Of a DNA stretch of 64,000 nt, positions 13,901-25,325 are shown piece after piece; position 1 is the stretch's first letter, and each line of letters begins with the position of its first letter. The stretch comes from Cycas panzhihuaensis (Eukaryota > Plantae > Cycadophyta): contig CM041465.1 in NCBI GenBank assembly GCA_023213395.1, positions 221,347,741 to 221,411,740 on the forward strand. The letters are read 5' to 3'. The notes under the pieces were generated by a model that ran no database searches, was not told the origin of the DNA, and was given only the letters and a program-made list of their open reading frames with translations. The translations under genes and the position numbers were made by a program.

Positions 13901-15183
13901 GGCCCATTAGTCAAGCATTACTGGGAGGGTCAGGATAAAAATAGGAAATGGAAATCTTTTGATGACCTCCAAGGTCCAAAGAAGGAGATTCAGAACCTCA
14001 TGAATGAACTAAGTCACCAATATATCCCCAAGCGTGACTTGGCAGATACCTTAATTTGGTCTTCTTCATCATCTAGTTCATACACCGTTAAGGACAGGCA
14101 CACATCGCTCCTATTGGAGGAGGGTATAGACAAGGAGGACATGTTGGTGGAGGTTTGGAAGTTGGGGCTTCTCCCAAAGATAGCAATGTTCTGGTGGTTA
14201 CACCTCCAGAACAAGATCCTAATAATTGATAATCTTAAAGACGAGGTTTTTCTATGGTTAATAAATGTGAGTTGTGTAAGGGGGATGTGGAATCCCTTGA
14301 TCACATCAGCATTCATTATTCATATTCAAGGAGTATCTAGGCTGGATTTTGGTCTGGCCTAGGGATGGAATGGGTGTCTCCTAGGTCTTTGTAGAATCAA
14401 TGGCAAATGTGGAAGTCCCCCTTTAAGAGTAAGACACTTAGAAGATTATGGAAGCTATCTCTCCCGGTGGGGATTTGGAATTTATAGAAGGAACACAACA
14501 AAAGAATCTTCCAAGGTAGAGAGATGGATGAACAAAGACTAGGTTGCAAAATCCAGAGGGATATCCTAAAAATGCTTAATCCCATGGATGAGGGAAGGAT
14601 CCCTAAGGGTGAGGAGAGCATCCTGGCTAGTTGGGGTATAGCTAGCCAGGGAGATAAGGAAACAAAAAGGAGGACATATCAATGGATTCTTCCCAGTGAA
14701 TCCTAGGTTAAAGTCAATTCCAATGGGGCAGCTAAAGGAAATCCAGGCGAGGTAGGTAGGGGAGGTTTATGTAGGAATCATGAAGGGAAAGTTGGCTGGG
14801 CATTTGTGCTATATTTTGGCCATTAGACAAACCATAAAGCTGAAATAAGGGCTGTGCAGAAGGCTATAGACATGGTGGATGAGGATGGATATGAGAAAGT
14901 GATTATAGAAGGAGACTCTCTGAATGCGATAAAAGGCCTCAAGGGGGAGACAAAGGTGGACTAGGGAAATTTGGATATGATTAGAGATGCGCAGGATGTC
15001 TTGAGCTCCAAGTAGAATGTTCAGATTCAACACACGTACAAAGAAGGAAATGATGCGGCAAACTAGCTAGCAAACTGGGCAGTGGCAAACAAGAGAAATA
15101 AAGTGTAGAGGGAAGAGTTCCCAGAGGAGTTATTGAGTCTAATTAGATGGGATTTGTCTGGTCACATTGTTGTAAATGGTTAG
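10981..15183 (+). pseudogene. LINE ORF2: endonuclease, reverse transcriptase, zf-RVT and C-terminal RNase H-like domain
   Basis: MRALSxNIR start, LQETK, NVYAP, KLDRVL, KAPDPDG, FRPISLYN, KIDMSKAYDRV, RGLRQGDPLSPYL, HQFVD, TRFWQDKW, NGAAKGNPG, EGDSL, EGNDAANxLAN; many in-frame stops. Confidence 0.95.
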
Positions 15184-15345
15184 GGATATGTGGTATGCAT
15201 TTTTGGTTGGCTAGGCCATGGGCATGTCATGGCCATTCCTTTTCTGGCTGGGAGGCACTGATGTAATAGGTTTGGGGACCTGTTAAAACCCTTTTAATAT
15301 TTTTTACCATATCAAAAAAAAAAAAAAAAAATCTTCTAATAAGAA

Positions 15346-16869
15346 AGATGAATGTTATATTGATTTTGGTTATTCAACATACATATCCTATAATATAGAT
15401 ATGTTTTCTAAAATTCAAGAAGAAAATAATCAAAGAAAAGTCATTTTTAAAAAATGATAATACTTAAGAAATTCATGGACAAGCAGTTATGAGAATTCAA
15501 ACTAAAAGTGGAGAAAATAAAAATATTTAGAATATATTATTTGTATTTTGATTGAAAAATAACCTATTATCTATTGGATAAATGATAGAACAATATTACA
15601 GGATAATTTTTAATAATGGAGAATGTGAAATCAATGATAAAATGAACAATGGTATGATAGTTGCTAAAGGCCAAATGATAAAGGATAGATTATTTAAGAT
15701 TATACTTTCTTTACCTCTCCAAGTCTTGAATATTTTACTTTCAAATGAAAACATACTTTGGCATCATAGATTTACACATTTTAATTATGATACATTTATT
15801 ACCTTAAAGAACAAAAGTATGGTTACTAGAATTCCATTTATTCAAGGTAATAATAAAGTATGTGAAGGATGGATCTATAGAAAATAACAAAGAGAAAGCT
15901 TTCCATACTTAACATTTCAATCTAGATATCCATTTCAGTTGAAACATATAGATTTATTCAACCCAATGAGAATACTAATATTTAGAAATATCATATTCTT
16001 CTTAATTCTTGTTGATGGTTTTATAAGAAAATTTTGGGTATATTTCCTTAGAGAAAATTTTAAAATATTTTTGAGATTTGCTAAATTTAGAGTCATGGTT
16101 AAAAGATAAAATGATTACAAGTTACAAGTTTTTCATTTAAATAATGGTAGTGAATTCATCTTAAATGATTTTAGAGATTTTTGTAATAAAGCATAAGAAG
16201 ATAATTCACTACTCTATACCCATCTCAGCAAAATGGAGTTATTGAAAGAAAAATTAAAATAATCATAAATATAGCAAAATGCATGCTTAAGTCAAAATAA
16301 CTAAGCAATGAATATTAGGTTTAAGTATTAAGTACTATTATTTATTTGTTGAATAAAAATCTTATAAAAGTAATTGAGGACTTAACTCCTAAAGAATATT
16401 AGACTAGTTATAAGCTAGTGTTTCTCACATAAAAATCTTTAGATGTGTTGCTTATGCTCATATTCTTGATGAAAAAAAAAAAAAGTTAGAAATCAAAAGT
16501 GTTAAGTATATTTTCATAAGCTATGTAAATGAACAAAAGGCCTATATACTATTTGATCTTATTGTAAAGAAATTATTTATAAGCATAGTTATGATCTTTG
16601 ATGAAAATGCAATTTTTAAACTTGAAAAAGATAAAGGAAAATAGGGTATCATTGAAGCTGATTTAGAACTATTTTAAACTTCATCTTCATCAATCCCAAC
16701 CCTAAGTTGAAGTTATAATTCAAGCTCAACTTTAAGTTCATCATCAAGCCCAAGTTAAGAATAAGTTATGGGACTAAAATGCCTCATTAGAAGTCATAAT
16801 CCGGAAGTAATTCTTGATAAAAGTTTTAATCAAAGGTTAACTAGATCCCAAGTTATATTAATAACTCAA
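15346..16869 (+). pseudogene. pol: Copia protease and integrase (element 5126-20933)
   Basis: DECYIDFGYST (protease), LWHHRFTHFN..CEGWI (INT zinc finger), NNGSEF, PSQQNGVIERK. Confidence 0.88.
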
Positions 16870-19156
16870 TGTTGGAGTGTAATGTTATCACTCAACTCCC
16901 TCTTATCTACCAGGCTTGTGCACCTCAATTTAGACATGTGATGCTCAACATATCAAGGTAAGTTAAGGTAAGTTGAGTTAGTTTCATTTGAGTTAAGTGA
17001 ATATTATTTTATTGTTATTTTGAATTCAGGGGTTGAGAAGTTTTCCTCCTCCCCCAAAACTATTTATATTGTGGGGTGTACAACCCTGGTATTTTTAGAT
17101 ACCGCCTACCTTTGAGGAGATTTGTAATGCTCATTTCTACTACAATGGATAGAACAACAAGGCTTTCATGTGTTTATGCTATTGTGATTATAATACATTG
17201 ATATATTGATGCAATATTGGTTTATGGTTATTTGATATATGTTTTGACATGTTATCCTGCTAGTATATATTCCTTCATTTGATATCAGAGCATAGTCTTG
17301 CACACATTATTTCCATCATTTTTTAACCTTTTATTTTTTATAGGATTATTGGAGTTTTTTTGCCATAACTCTTTGCTAGAGCATCAGTTTTAAACGAAAT
17401 CTATTCCATTAGATCAGAAATTTTCTGTACACCAATTTTGACTGGTCATATGACAAATTTGGTGCCGATTTGACCCTATTTCGACCAATTTAACATCAGA
17501 CACTCAAAATTTCAGCCTTTTACACACTTTCAACAAAATCGTTTTTAGAACTAGCTGTAATTTATTACTGGTAAACTGCTTTTTACCTAAATTTCCTCTA
17601 TAGCGATCTACATTCTATAGACTTCAATACTCACTTTTTACTTCAAATTTTTTAATTCATCTTCATTAGTATTTTAATCGCTAAAATTAGGAATTTAGTT
17701 GTTTTTAGCCTATTTCTTAACTTTCTACATAAAGACACCTATTACCTTTTTCACTATAACTTTTTTATTTTATATCAGATTTCAATTCTGTCAACTTCAT
17801 TGGGAAGCTAACTCATTTCTCTTCATTTTGACATATTTTTTAATATATTTTAACATATTTTTCCTATCTTTCAAATCATTCAAAGTTGAAGTATCTTATT
17901 GCCCCAAATCTGCTGTTTTTACACTATTTTTCAAAAAGTTTCAATTGAAAATATATTAAACAATTTTATAAACAATATTTAATCCTTTTTTCAACATTTT
18001 CTAAAAGTTAATTAGTAATTTTATGTAATTTTGACTACCCTGCTCTTGTTAGGCCCTAGAAGGAGGTCTATACCTTTGCATCATTTAAAACATGATTTAT
18101 TGGTACTCGTTTTCAAAACTGTTAGTTTCATTGGATTCACACCTTATTAATCTACATATTGGTAGAATTTTAAGTTATTCTGATATTATTCAGTATAGTT
18201 TTCAAGCTATTAAAGTTGAGCATATAAGTACATCCTAATAAGCTTGTCTTTTTTCAAAATTTTCAAGAAAATTCTAGTTTATATCTCATTGTTTAACTCA
18301 AAGTTTCTACTTGATTTTTCTACAAGCATTTTAAGCTATTTCAAACCAGCATTTGGTCATAAGGCAATATATATATTTTTCTCAAAGAAAAGTTATTTTT
18401 ATACAAAAAGGGAAAGTTTTTCTTACATTGAAGATTTACATTTACTCATTTGAGAAATTGGTATTTTTTGAAAACTCTTTATATTTCATTCTCAAAAGTT
18501 TATTTCAGTTTTGCATAAGTGAAAAAGATTTTTTAAGTTTGCTTTCAAACGCATCATTATTTTCTTATTGATCACATTGCTTTCAAAATGGCACAATTCC
18601 CTATTTTTTATGGCCATAACTTTTCACTGTGGTATGACACCATGCAAACTTACTTTATTGAACATGATCTTTTAAAGTATTTACAACATGAATGTGACCT
18701 TAGCATTAAAGAAAATCTTAGAAAAGATAATGAAGTTTTAGGTTTATTATTACGCACTATGGTGATGATGTTTTTTCCTTTGGTTTACGAATTAACAACA
18801 TCTAAGTCTGTTTGGGATTTATTGATTTCCATTTATGGGGGAGATACCCCCAATGTATTTGATGAAATTTTTTATGAGCATGTGAGGCGGTGTGAGCAGG
18901 ATAGATCATGACGACAACAACCATGAGGATTCAGATCAAATGCAGGACCACCTTATTCCACAAGGATTTGATCCTCCATTTAATGGATTGAACAACAAGG
19001 CTTTCATGTGTTTATGCTATTGTGATTGTGATACATTGATATATTGATGCAATATTGGTTTATGGTTATTTGATATATGTTCTGACATGTTCTCCTACTA
19101 GTATATATTCCTTCATTTGATATCAGAGCATGGTCTTGCAAACATTATTTCCATCA
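16870..19156 (+). mobile_element. Deleted Copia-type LTR element with partial 3' LTR
   Basis: TG..CA ends with perfect TSD ctcaa (16865-16869 / 19157-19161); 175-bp direct repeat 17144-17318 / 18982-19156; PBS tgatatcagagc 17280-17291. Confidence 0.88.
18588..18911 (+). CDS. gag: Truncated Copia gag N-terminus (107 aa)
   Basis: PIFYGHNFSLWYDTMQTYFIEHDLLKY...TSKSVWDLLISIYGG, typical Copia gag N-terminal signature. Confidence 0.75.
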   Translation: MAQFPIFYGHNFSLWYDTMQTYFIEHDLLKYLQHECDLSIKENLRKDNEVLGLLLRTMVMMFFPLVYELTTSKSVWDLLISIYGGDTPNVFDEIFYEHVRRCEQDRS

Positions 19157-20670
19157 CTCAAGTTATGCAAAATGATAAACCTTATTCTTTTAAAGAAGTT
19201 GATAATAAAAAATGGATTAAAGTAATGGAAGTTGAATATGATTCTCTACATGGAAATAAAACATGAAATTTGGTAGAGTTACCTACTAATAAAGAAGTGA
19301 TTATAAATTGGGTATACAAAACACAATACAAACCTCATAGTATAGTTACAAATATAAAGTAAGACTTATAGTAAAATGTTATGCTCAACAAGACAGAATT
19401 GATTATAAAGACATCTTTACTTGGGTTGTCAGAATGGATACAATTAGAAGTATTTTATCTTTAGTTGCTTATTAAGGTTGGACTATATATCAAATGGATG
19501 TTAAATCAACATTTCTTAATGGATATGTTGATGAAGAAATTTATGTTAATTAACCCTAAGGATTCAAGATTGAAGGATATGAACATTTAATAGGCAAGCT
19601 AAATAAAACTTTATATTGATTAAAACAAGCCCCAAGAGCTTGGTATTCTAGAATTGATAAGTACTTTTAAGATAACAGATTTTAGAAGAGTCTATTAGAT
19701 CCAAACATGTACATCAAAACTATAGATACTTCAATCCTTATAATATCTCTTTATATTGATGATCTCATTTATACACAAAATAATGATGAGATATTCTAGT
19801 AATTGAAATATGATATAGACTCATAATTTCAAATGATAGATCTAGGACAACTATATTATTTTATTAGTATGAATGTTTGGCAAAGCGAAACTGGTATCCA
19901 TATGTCACAAAGTAAATACATTATGCATATTGAAAAAATTCAACATCAATGAATTTAAGTCAAGTTCTACTCCTATTGAACTCGTATTAAAGTTAAGTAA
20001 AAATGAATGTATTATCAATTAATAAGAAACCTAATTTACTTGATAAATACTCAACTAGATATAGCATATGTAGTTAATTTAACTTTAAGATTTATATTAG
20101 AACCAAAAAAAGAACATTGGAAAGTGACAAAAAGAATTTTAAGATATATCAAAGAAATATTGAATTATGGACTACAGTATACACCATCAGATGAATTCAA
20201 GTTAATTGGTTGTTCAGATACAGATTAGATAGGTGACATTACATAAAGAAAATCAATTTCTAGATTTGTATTTAATATTGGTTCAACATTAATATCTTAG
20301 AACACAAAGAAATAACTAATAATTCCTTTATCTATAACATAAGCCAAATACAAAGCAATTGAATTAATATTAATACAAGCAATATAGATTTGAAAATTTC
20401 TTAAAATCCTATGTCAACCTTAACAAGAGTTGATAATGATATTTTGTGATAATCAAAGTATAATTTAGATGACCAACAGTCTAGTTATGCATAATAGAAT
20501 AAAACACATTGACATTAAACATCACTACATTAGAGAACTCATCAAGAATCAACAAGTCTAACTTCAATATTACAAGATAAAAGACAAAGTTACAAACATT
20601 CTCTCTAAGGCATTGTCAAAGGCCAAGCATTTTTATCTCAAATAAAATCTTGGTATACAACTAGATATGC
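19157..20670 (+). pseudogene. pol: Copia RT and RNaseH (element 5126-20933)
   Basis: QMDVKSTFLNG, LKQAPRAWY, SLYIDDL, CSDTD, FCDNQS, RIKHIDIKHHYIRE. Confidence 0.92.
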
Positions 20671-22019
20671 ATTATGGGGAAGTATTAATATATAATATAC
20701 ATTCAATATAATTGACTAGATAAAAGGTCATGTATAATTGGTCAAAATAAAGGTCAAATATTATTGGTTGTAAGTGAGGTAAATAATCCTACCTATTCCC
20801 ACAACATAACTATAAATACACCTATAAGGTGAGATGTAAGAAGATTGATATTGAAGTCCATAACATTAATGACAATATTTCGATATTATTTTGTCATTTC
20901 TAGTTATGATATCATATGGTTATATTTCTAACTAGGATTTCCTTTTTGTAGTCATATAAATATTTGAAGAGGAATCCTAAATAGACTAATATGATGAAGA
21001 TTAAATTGGAGGGTATGGTTATATTTATTTAACAATGGTAAACTAATATTAATCTCAAATACCAAAAGCTCCTGAGAGAAGGGTTTGAGGTTGTATATTT
21101 ATAAGTTGCTTACTTAGGGTTATTAAATAAGTGTCTAGCTAAATAAAATATTAAATACTATTAATATTGAGAGAGTTTAGATTATAAGGTTTCAAAGGCT
21201 TCTGCAACCCTTTTAGAGATTTAGAATTATTATTGTTAAGTAATACAAGTTATGTCTTTTTAGTGAAATATGGCATGTCCCATCTATACGTAACCCAAAA
21301 CTATTATGTATGTTTCTTAGTAGTCCCCATTAACCAAATCTATTTAGTAATAGGTTCATCTTCATACCAATCTAGTCATTTCTAAAATTAGTTGAAGTAT
21401 TATTCTTTAGAGGGATAATGGACCTTTTTGTTAAAGATTTATTATTGTCTGAGTCTTACTCATAGTGGAGATTTTATTTTACATATAGAAGTATTAAAAT
21501 TCTATTATGTTTAATAGTAAATATCCTTCCCCGCTATTTTCTAATGATGTAATTATATCTTTGTTGTCTCCTTTCCTACTACATATTAATATATAGGTGA
21601 GTAAAGTACATGTTGAACTATGATACCTACCTGAACTTATTAAATGTTAGGGTTATACCCCATGTACTATGAGTAGAGTCCCCATAGATGAGGGTAGATC
21701 AAAACCTATCTAAGGTAGAGGTTAAAAATAAAATAAGTCTAGAGGCCATAAGGGCTTAGAAGGTAAGCATTCCTTATTGAACAAAAGATCCTCCCTATAA
21801 CCTTAGGAGTAAGAGTCCATACTTAGAATGTATCATAGCTAGAGTGATATATAGGGTGAGGAGGGTATAACTACTTAGACCAAGGATCACATAAATATTA
21901 AATCTTCCTAATGTAAGGGCTAGACTCTTAAAAGGCCCCCCCAAAATAGGGGGACAATGGCTAGAGCTATCCAAAACCTATAGGCCTATGGTGGTGGTGA
22001 TTAGAATTAGGGATAATGA

Positions 22020-22756
22020 TTTATACTTATTGGTGTATGTTTTTCATTATAAGCTAACTTAACTGGTGTTTTATATAACTTTTCTCCAAATATAACGATG
22101 AAGGGTATGGCATTTTCTCCCATATTTTCACTATAATAACATATAATTTTTCTTATAAATTAAATTATTATGTTCAATAAAAAACAAAAAGGAAAAGAAC
22201 TTGACAAGTTATTAGATGTATAATACATCTTTCCAATAAAAATAATATAGATGGATAAGTCTCATTAATTTTTCCAAAAAAGAAAAATAATAAATAATAA
22301 TTTTTAATTTCCTTTGGAGTTGTAATGAAGATGACCAAGAAGGATCCATTTTCAATAGTTATTATTAAATAAGTGTTAGATAATGTCATTAATCAAGAAA
22401 TATTTATTATTTCTCTTATAATTTCTCTAGTATAATTATATAACGTTTATACAATAAGACTAGTTAAGAATAATATTTTTGATAAAGTAAGGATCCTTTG
22501 CCTATAAGTTAAAGTCTTTTGGTTTGGTGTTTTTTTCAACCATAGATTTCACTATTATTACTTCTACTTTTAAGGAATTTATTCATGTTTTTCTTGAATT
22601 ATACTTAGATAAATAAATGATCTATAATCTATTAAAGGATCATAAACTTCTATATTGACTGATATTATAGAAGTGTCAAGACAAAGGCATTTGCTTAAAT
22701 CTAAAATGATATCAATTGACAATACCAACAGGTACCTTTCTTAGCCATATGAAAAG
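22020..22756 (+). pseudogene. pol: Gypsy reverse transcriptase of the host element (5' part)
   Basis: KDPFSIVIIxxVLDNV.., GSFAYKLKSFGL, FLELYLD, GTFLSH. Confidence 0.75.
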
Positions 22757-23224
22757 TGTTGAAATATAATATTTAATTTAAAGGTCATATGTTTAATGAG
22801 GGTAATTATGAGTTTTAATTAAAGAGCAATTAGTGGGTAGTTAGGTGGTTATGTAACAATCTCTAACAAAGTATACATTTGATATTCAATGAGATATATT
22901 GGTATATTGGTTATTTGGTTTTTGTTTATTGAGTGTGTGCATCTTTCAATTTGGTATCAGAGTAAGGTTGAGAGGTAGCCATCCTCATCCTTCTCAAGAT
23001 GGCACTTCTTAAACCTGGGATATGTGAGACCATAAAGTACTACCAAATAAGGGAGTGATATCTACACAGTTGGGGAAAAATGATGCCTCTCCATCTTCCA
23101 CTTTATATTCCCTACACTCTGCTTCATTATCTTCATCTTTATTCTCTATGAGTTTTTCCAATCTATAAAATGAGTAAGCATAATCTTTAAGATATTATTA
23201 GCCATGGATGCATTTATCAAGAGA

Positions 23225-24072
23225 ATGAATTAGAGGGTAAGAATAAAGGCCCTTAAAGTTAAGGGTAAGAGCATTGAATGTAATACCCTAGTTAAAGGGC
23301 CTATAAATGATGAGGTAGAAGAAGTTATTTGCTTGGAGAAAGTGGAATGCAAGGTCACTTGGTTAAGTCTTCTTGATGATATGGTCATAGAATTCTTTTT
23401 CTCCATATTAAATTACAAAAATAGAGCTAACCTTACTTCTATTTGAAAATGTAAAGATGTTTAGGTTCTTAACTCATTTGTGGACTTCACTAGACATCAT
23501 GATACACAATCTAGATCCCATGACTACATTGCCCTTAGTAAAATAATGTAACAAATTACAAAGCCTTAGATTTAGGTGAGTTAATATTGTGAATGTCATA
23601 ATAAATCTCTAGGTGAAACAAATCTAAGATATTAGTACAAACTATAGTAAATACCTCATTGATGCATCCCTCTCCATGTTGGTGACCTACCACGGGGCTC
23701 TTGAGAGCTTGCAACTCAGGCCAAATTTTTACAAGAGGATAACGAGTGATTCCATTAAAGTCATGGATTTGTGTTACCCAAATCTTAGGCAACTTAGGCT
23801 ATTAGGGCTAAGAGATGTGGATGGGATTGTTGTGGAAACTTTAGTTAAACATTACCCTCATCTTTTGGACATTGTGTTTGTAGATTATATGAATGTTAAT
23901 GAGACAATATTGGATAATGTCATGTCCCTTAGTTTTTTGTTCATGGTAGGGTATAATAATATTAAATGGAGCATGATGTTGTATCTTTAGATTAATCTAC
24001 CAAATTTAGCTAGTTTGGATGCTTCTCACATAGTCATAACACCTATGGTAATCTTTTGCTTACTATTTTTAG
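23225..24072 (+). pseudogene. ARABIDILLO: Captured fragment of ARABIDILLO-like F-box/LRR/ARM gene (N-terminus, F-box, LRRs)
   Basis: MNxRVR start, WLSLLDDMVIEF..LNYKNRANL, LWTSLD, HGALESLQLRPNFYKRITSDSIKV..LRLLGLRDV..NIKWS, LPNLASLDAS; matches recalled ARABIDILLO-1 (HEALESLQLGPDFCERITSDAIKAV). Confidence 0.9.
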
Positions 24073-24074
24073 AA

Positions 24075-24676
24075 AGAGGATGTTTTTAGAGATGAGACTC
24101 TTAGTAGCTTGGCTATAGAGTCCTTGAGAAAGGCTTCAAGTCAAGCAAGAGGATGTTGACTTGGTTTTGCTATATACATATACTCTCGATGATCTTTTTG
24201 GTGGTTCCCCTTAGAGAAATCTAGGTTGTACAAATGCATTAGCATTTGATATTATAATAACTTATAGTGGCTTTATCCTAGGTCTTGTGACTACCACATA
24301 TTTCATGAAAGGGTGGTGGCTTTACGAATGTTTTAGTGGTTATAACAAATGCTCTTTCTAGATATGTTGATTAGATTGATTAGGGTACATATGTACCTTT
24401 TGGAGATGCACCTAATGTTATTTTATTATAGGTAGTTGAAAGAGATAATGACAGTTTACTTGGGTTTGATCTACATACTGATGGTCATGGCCAAAAGCAC
24501 TTGAATGCCATGGTGAAGGTGCAGTTCAAGATGCAACAAACTCAAATGGTGTAGAACTTATACCTTCAAGGCATTTATCATATTATTGTCTTCAAATGAA
24601 TGACTAATAGGTTTTTTGGTTTATGTTATGTTGTATACCACTAGCTATTGAAGCACTAATGCAAGAAGCTAGTTTA
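24075..24676 (+). pseudogene. KASIII: Captured fragment of 3-ketoacyl-ACP synthase III (KAS III/FabH)
   Basis: EDVDLVLLYTYTLDDLFGG, LGCTNALAFDIIITYSGFILGL, ALSRYVDxIDxGTYVPFGDA, GFDLHTDGHGQKHLNA, CLQMN; catalytic Cys of DITAACSGF reads Tyr. Confidence 0.92.
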
Positions 24677-24807
24677 ATAAGATTTTTGTATATTGATCTT
24701 GGTCTATCTAAGATGCTTAAGAAGTTTTGGATAACATTCCTATCGAAACTTGTTTGATGATGTAGCAATCATTATAAGACTATATTTAGTTTACACTATG
24801 ACATATT

Positions 24808-25325
24808 GTAGATGTGATTAAATGGATGAAAGAAATTACAACTATTATGTAGATGTTGCAAGAAGTTTTGAGGCTCAAGGTGTAACAATTGAGTTTTTGG
24901 AAGGAATCTTAGAGGAGCTTTAAGAGCACATTGAATCCATTGACATGGCTAATGACTTACATATATTTGGTGGTTTGGATCTATTATTTGGTTACCTAAA
25001 GCACCACCATGCTTTTGTCCATGCAAGAACTACACAATTTGTAACTATAGTTGTATAAAATAACCGAAAAAGTAAGCAATTTATGATGGATGCAAATGGG
25101 ACAACATCCTTACCATCCAACTTCATTTTAGACTCAAACATAACTATAAGGACTAAATCTTTAAGCATAATATCTTCCTTGATTCAACACAATAAGCAAG
25201 AATAATACAACATACCACAAAGTGGCTATAAAACTTGGATTTTCTCACCTATTTTTAGGCCTCAAGTTAAGATGCAAATGTATGCCAAGTAGTACTTCAA
25301 AGCCCTCTTAAACTTGCTCATGCTA
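24808..25325 (+). pseudogene. FES1: Captured fragment of Hsp70 nucleotide-exchange factor FES1/HSPBP1
   Basis: VDVIKWMKEIT, ELxEHIESIDMANDLHIFGGL, VVxNNRKSKQFMM, RTKSLSIISSLIQHNKQ, then AIKLGFSHL; matches recalled plant FES1 (ELQEHVESIDMANDLHSIGGL). Confidence 0.92.

Larger units (their letters stand above)
8633..15329 (+). mobile_element. Apparently full-length L1-clade LINE
   Basis: 16-bp TSD aatcttctaataagaa at 8617-8632 and 15330-15345; poly(A) from 15314; ORF1 and ORF2 remnants; GC/purine richer than flanks. Confidence 0.96.
5126..20933 (+). mobile_element. Ty1/Copia element, decayed, with three nested insertions
   Basis: LTRs 5126-5370 and 20683-20933; PBS-like tagtatctgag 5371-5381; PPT tatggggaag 20673-20682; TSD aagat/aggat; order gag-PR-INT-RT-RH. 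Confidence 0.92.

Noticed and set aside
21610-22010. Possible additional solo LTR (GC-richer block in the host Gypsy)
   Set aside because: Could not define termini or a TSD
22952-22962. tRNA-Met gene
   Set aside because: Only an 11-13 nt primer-binding site, as at 4731, 17280 and 50054
23676-23990. Functional ARABIDILLO gene
   Set aside because: Flanked by stops and frameshifts, lacks ARM repeats, and lies inside LTRs
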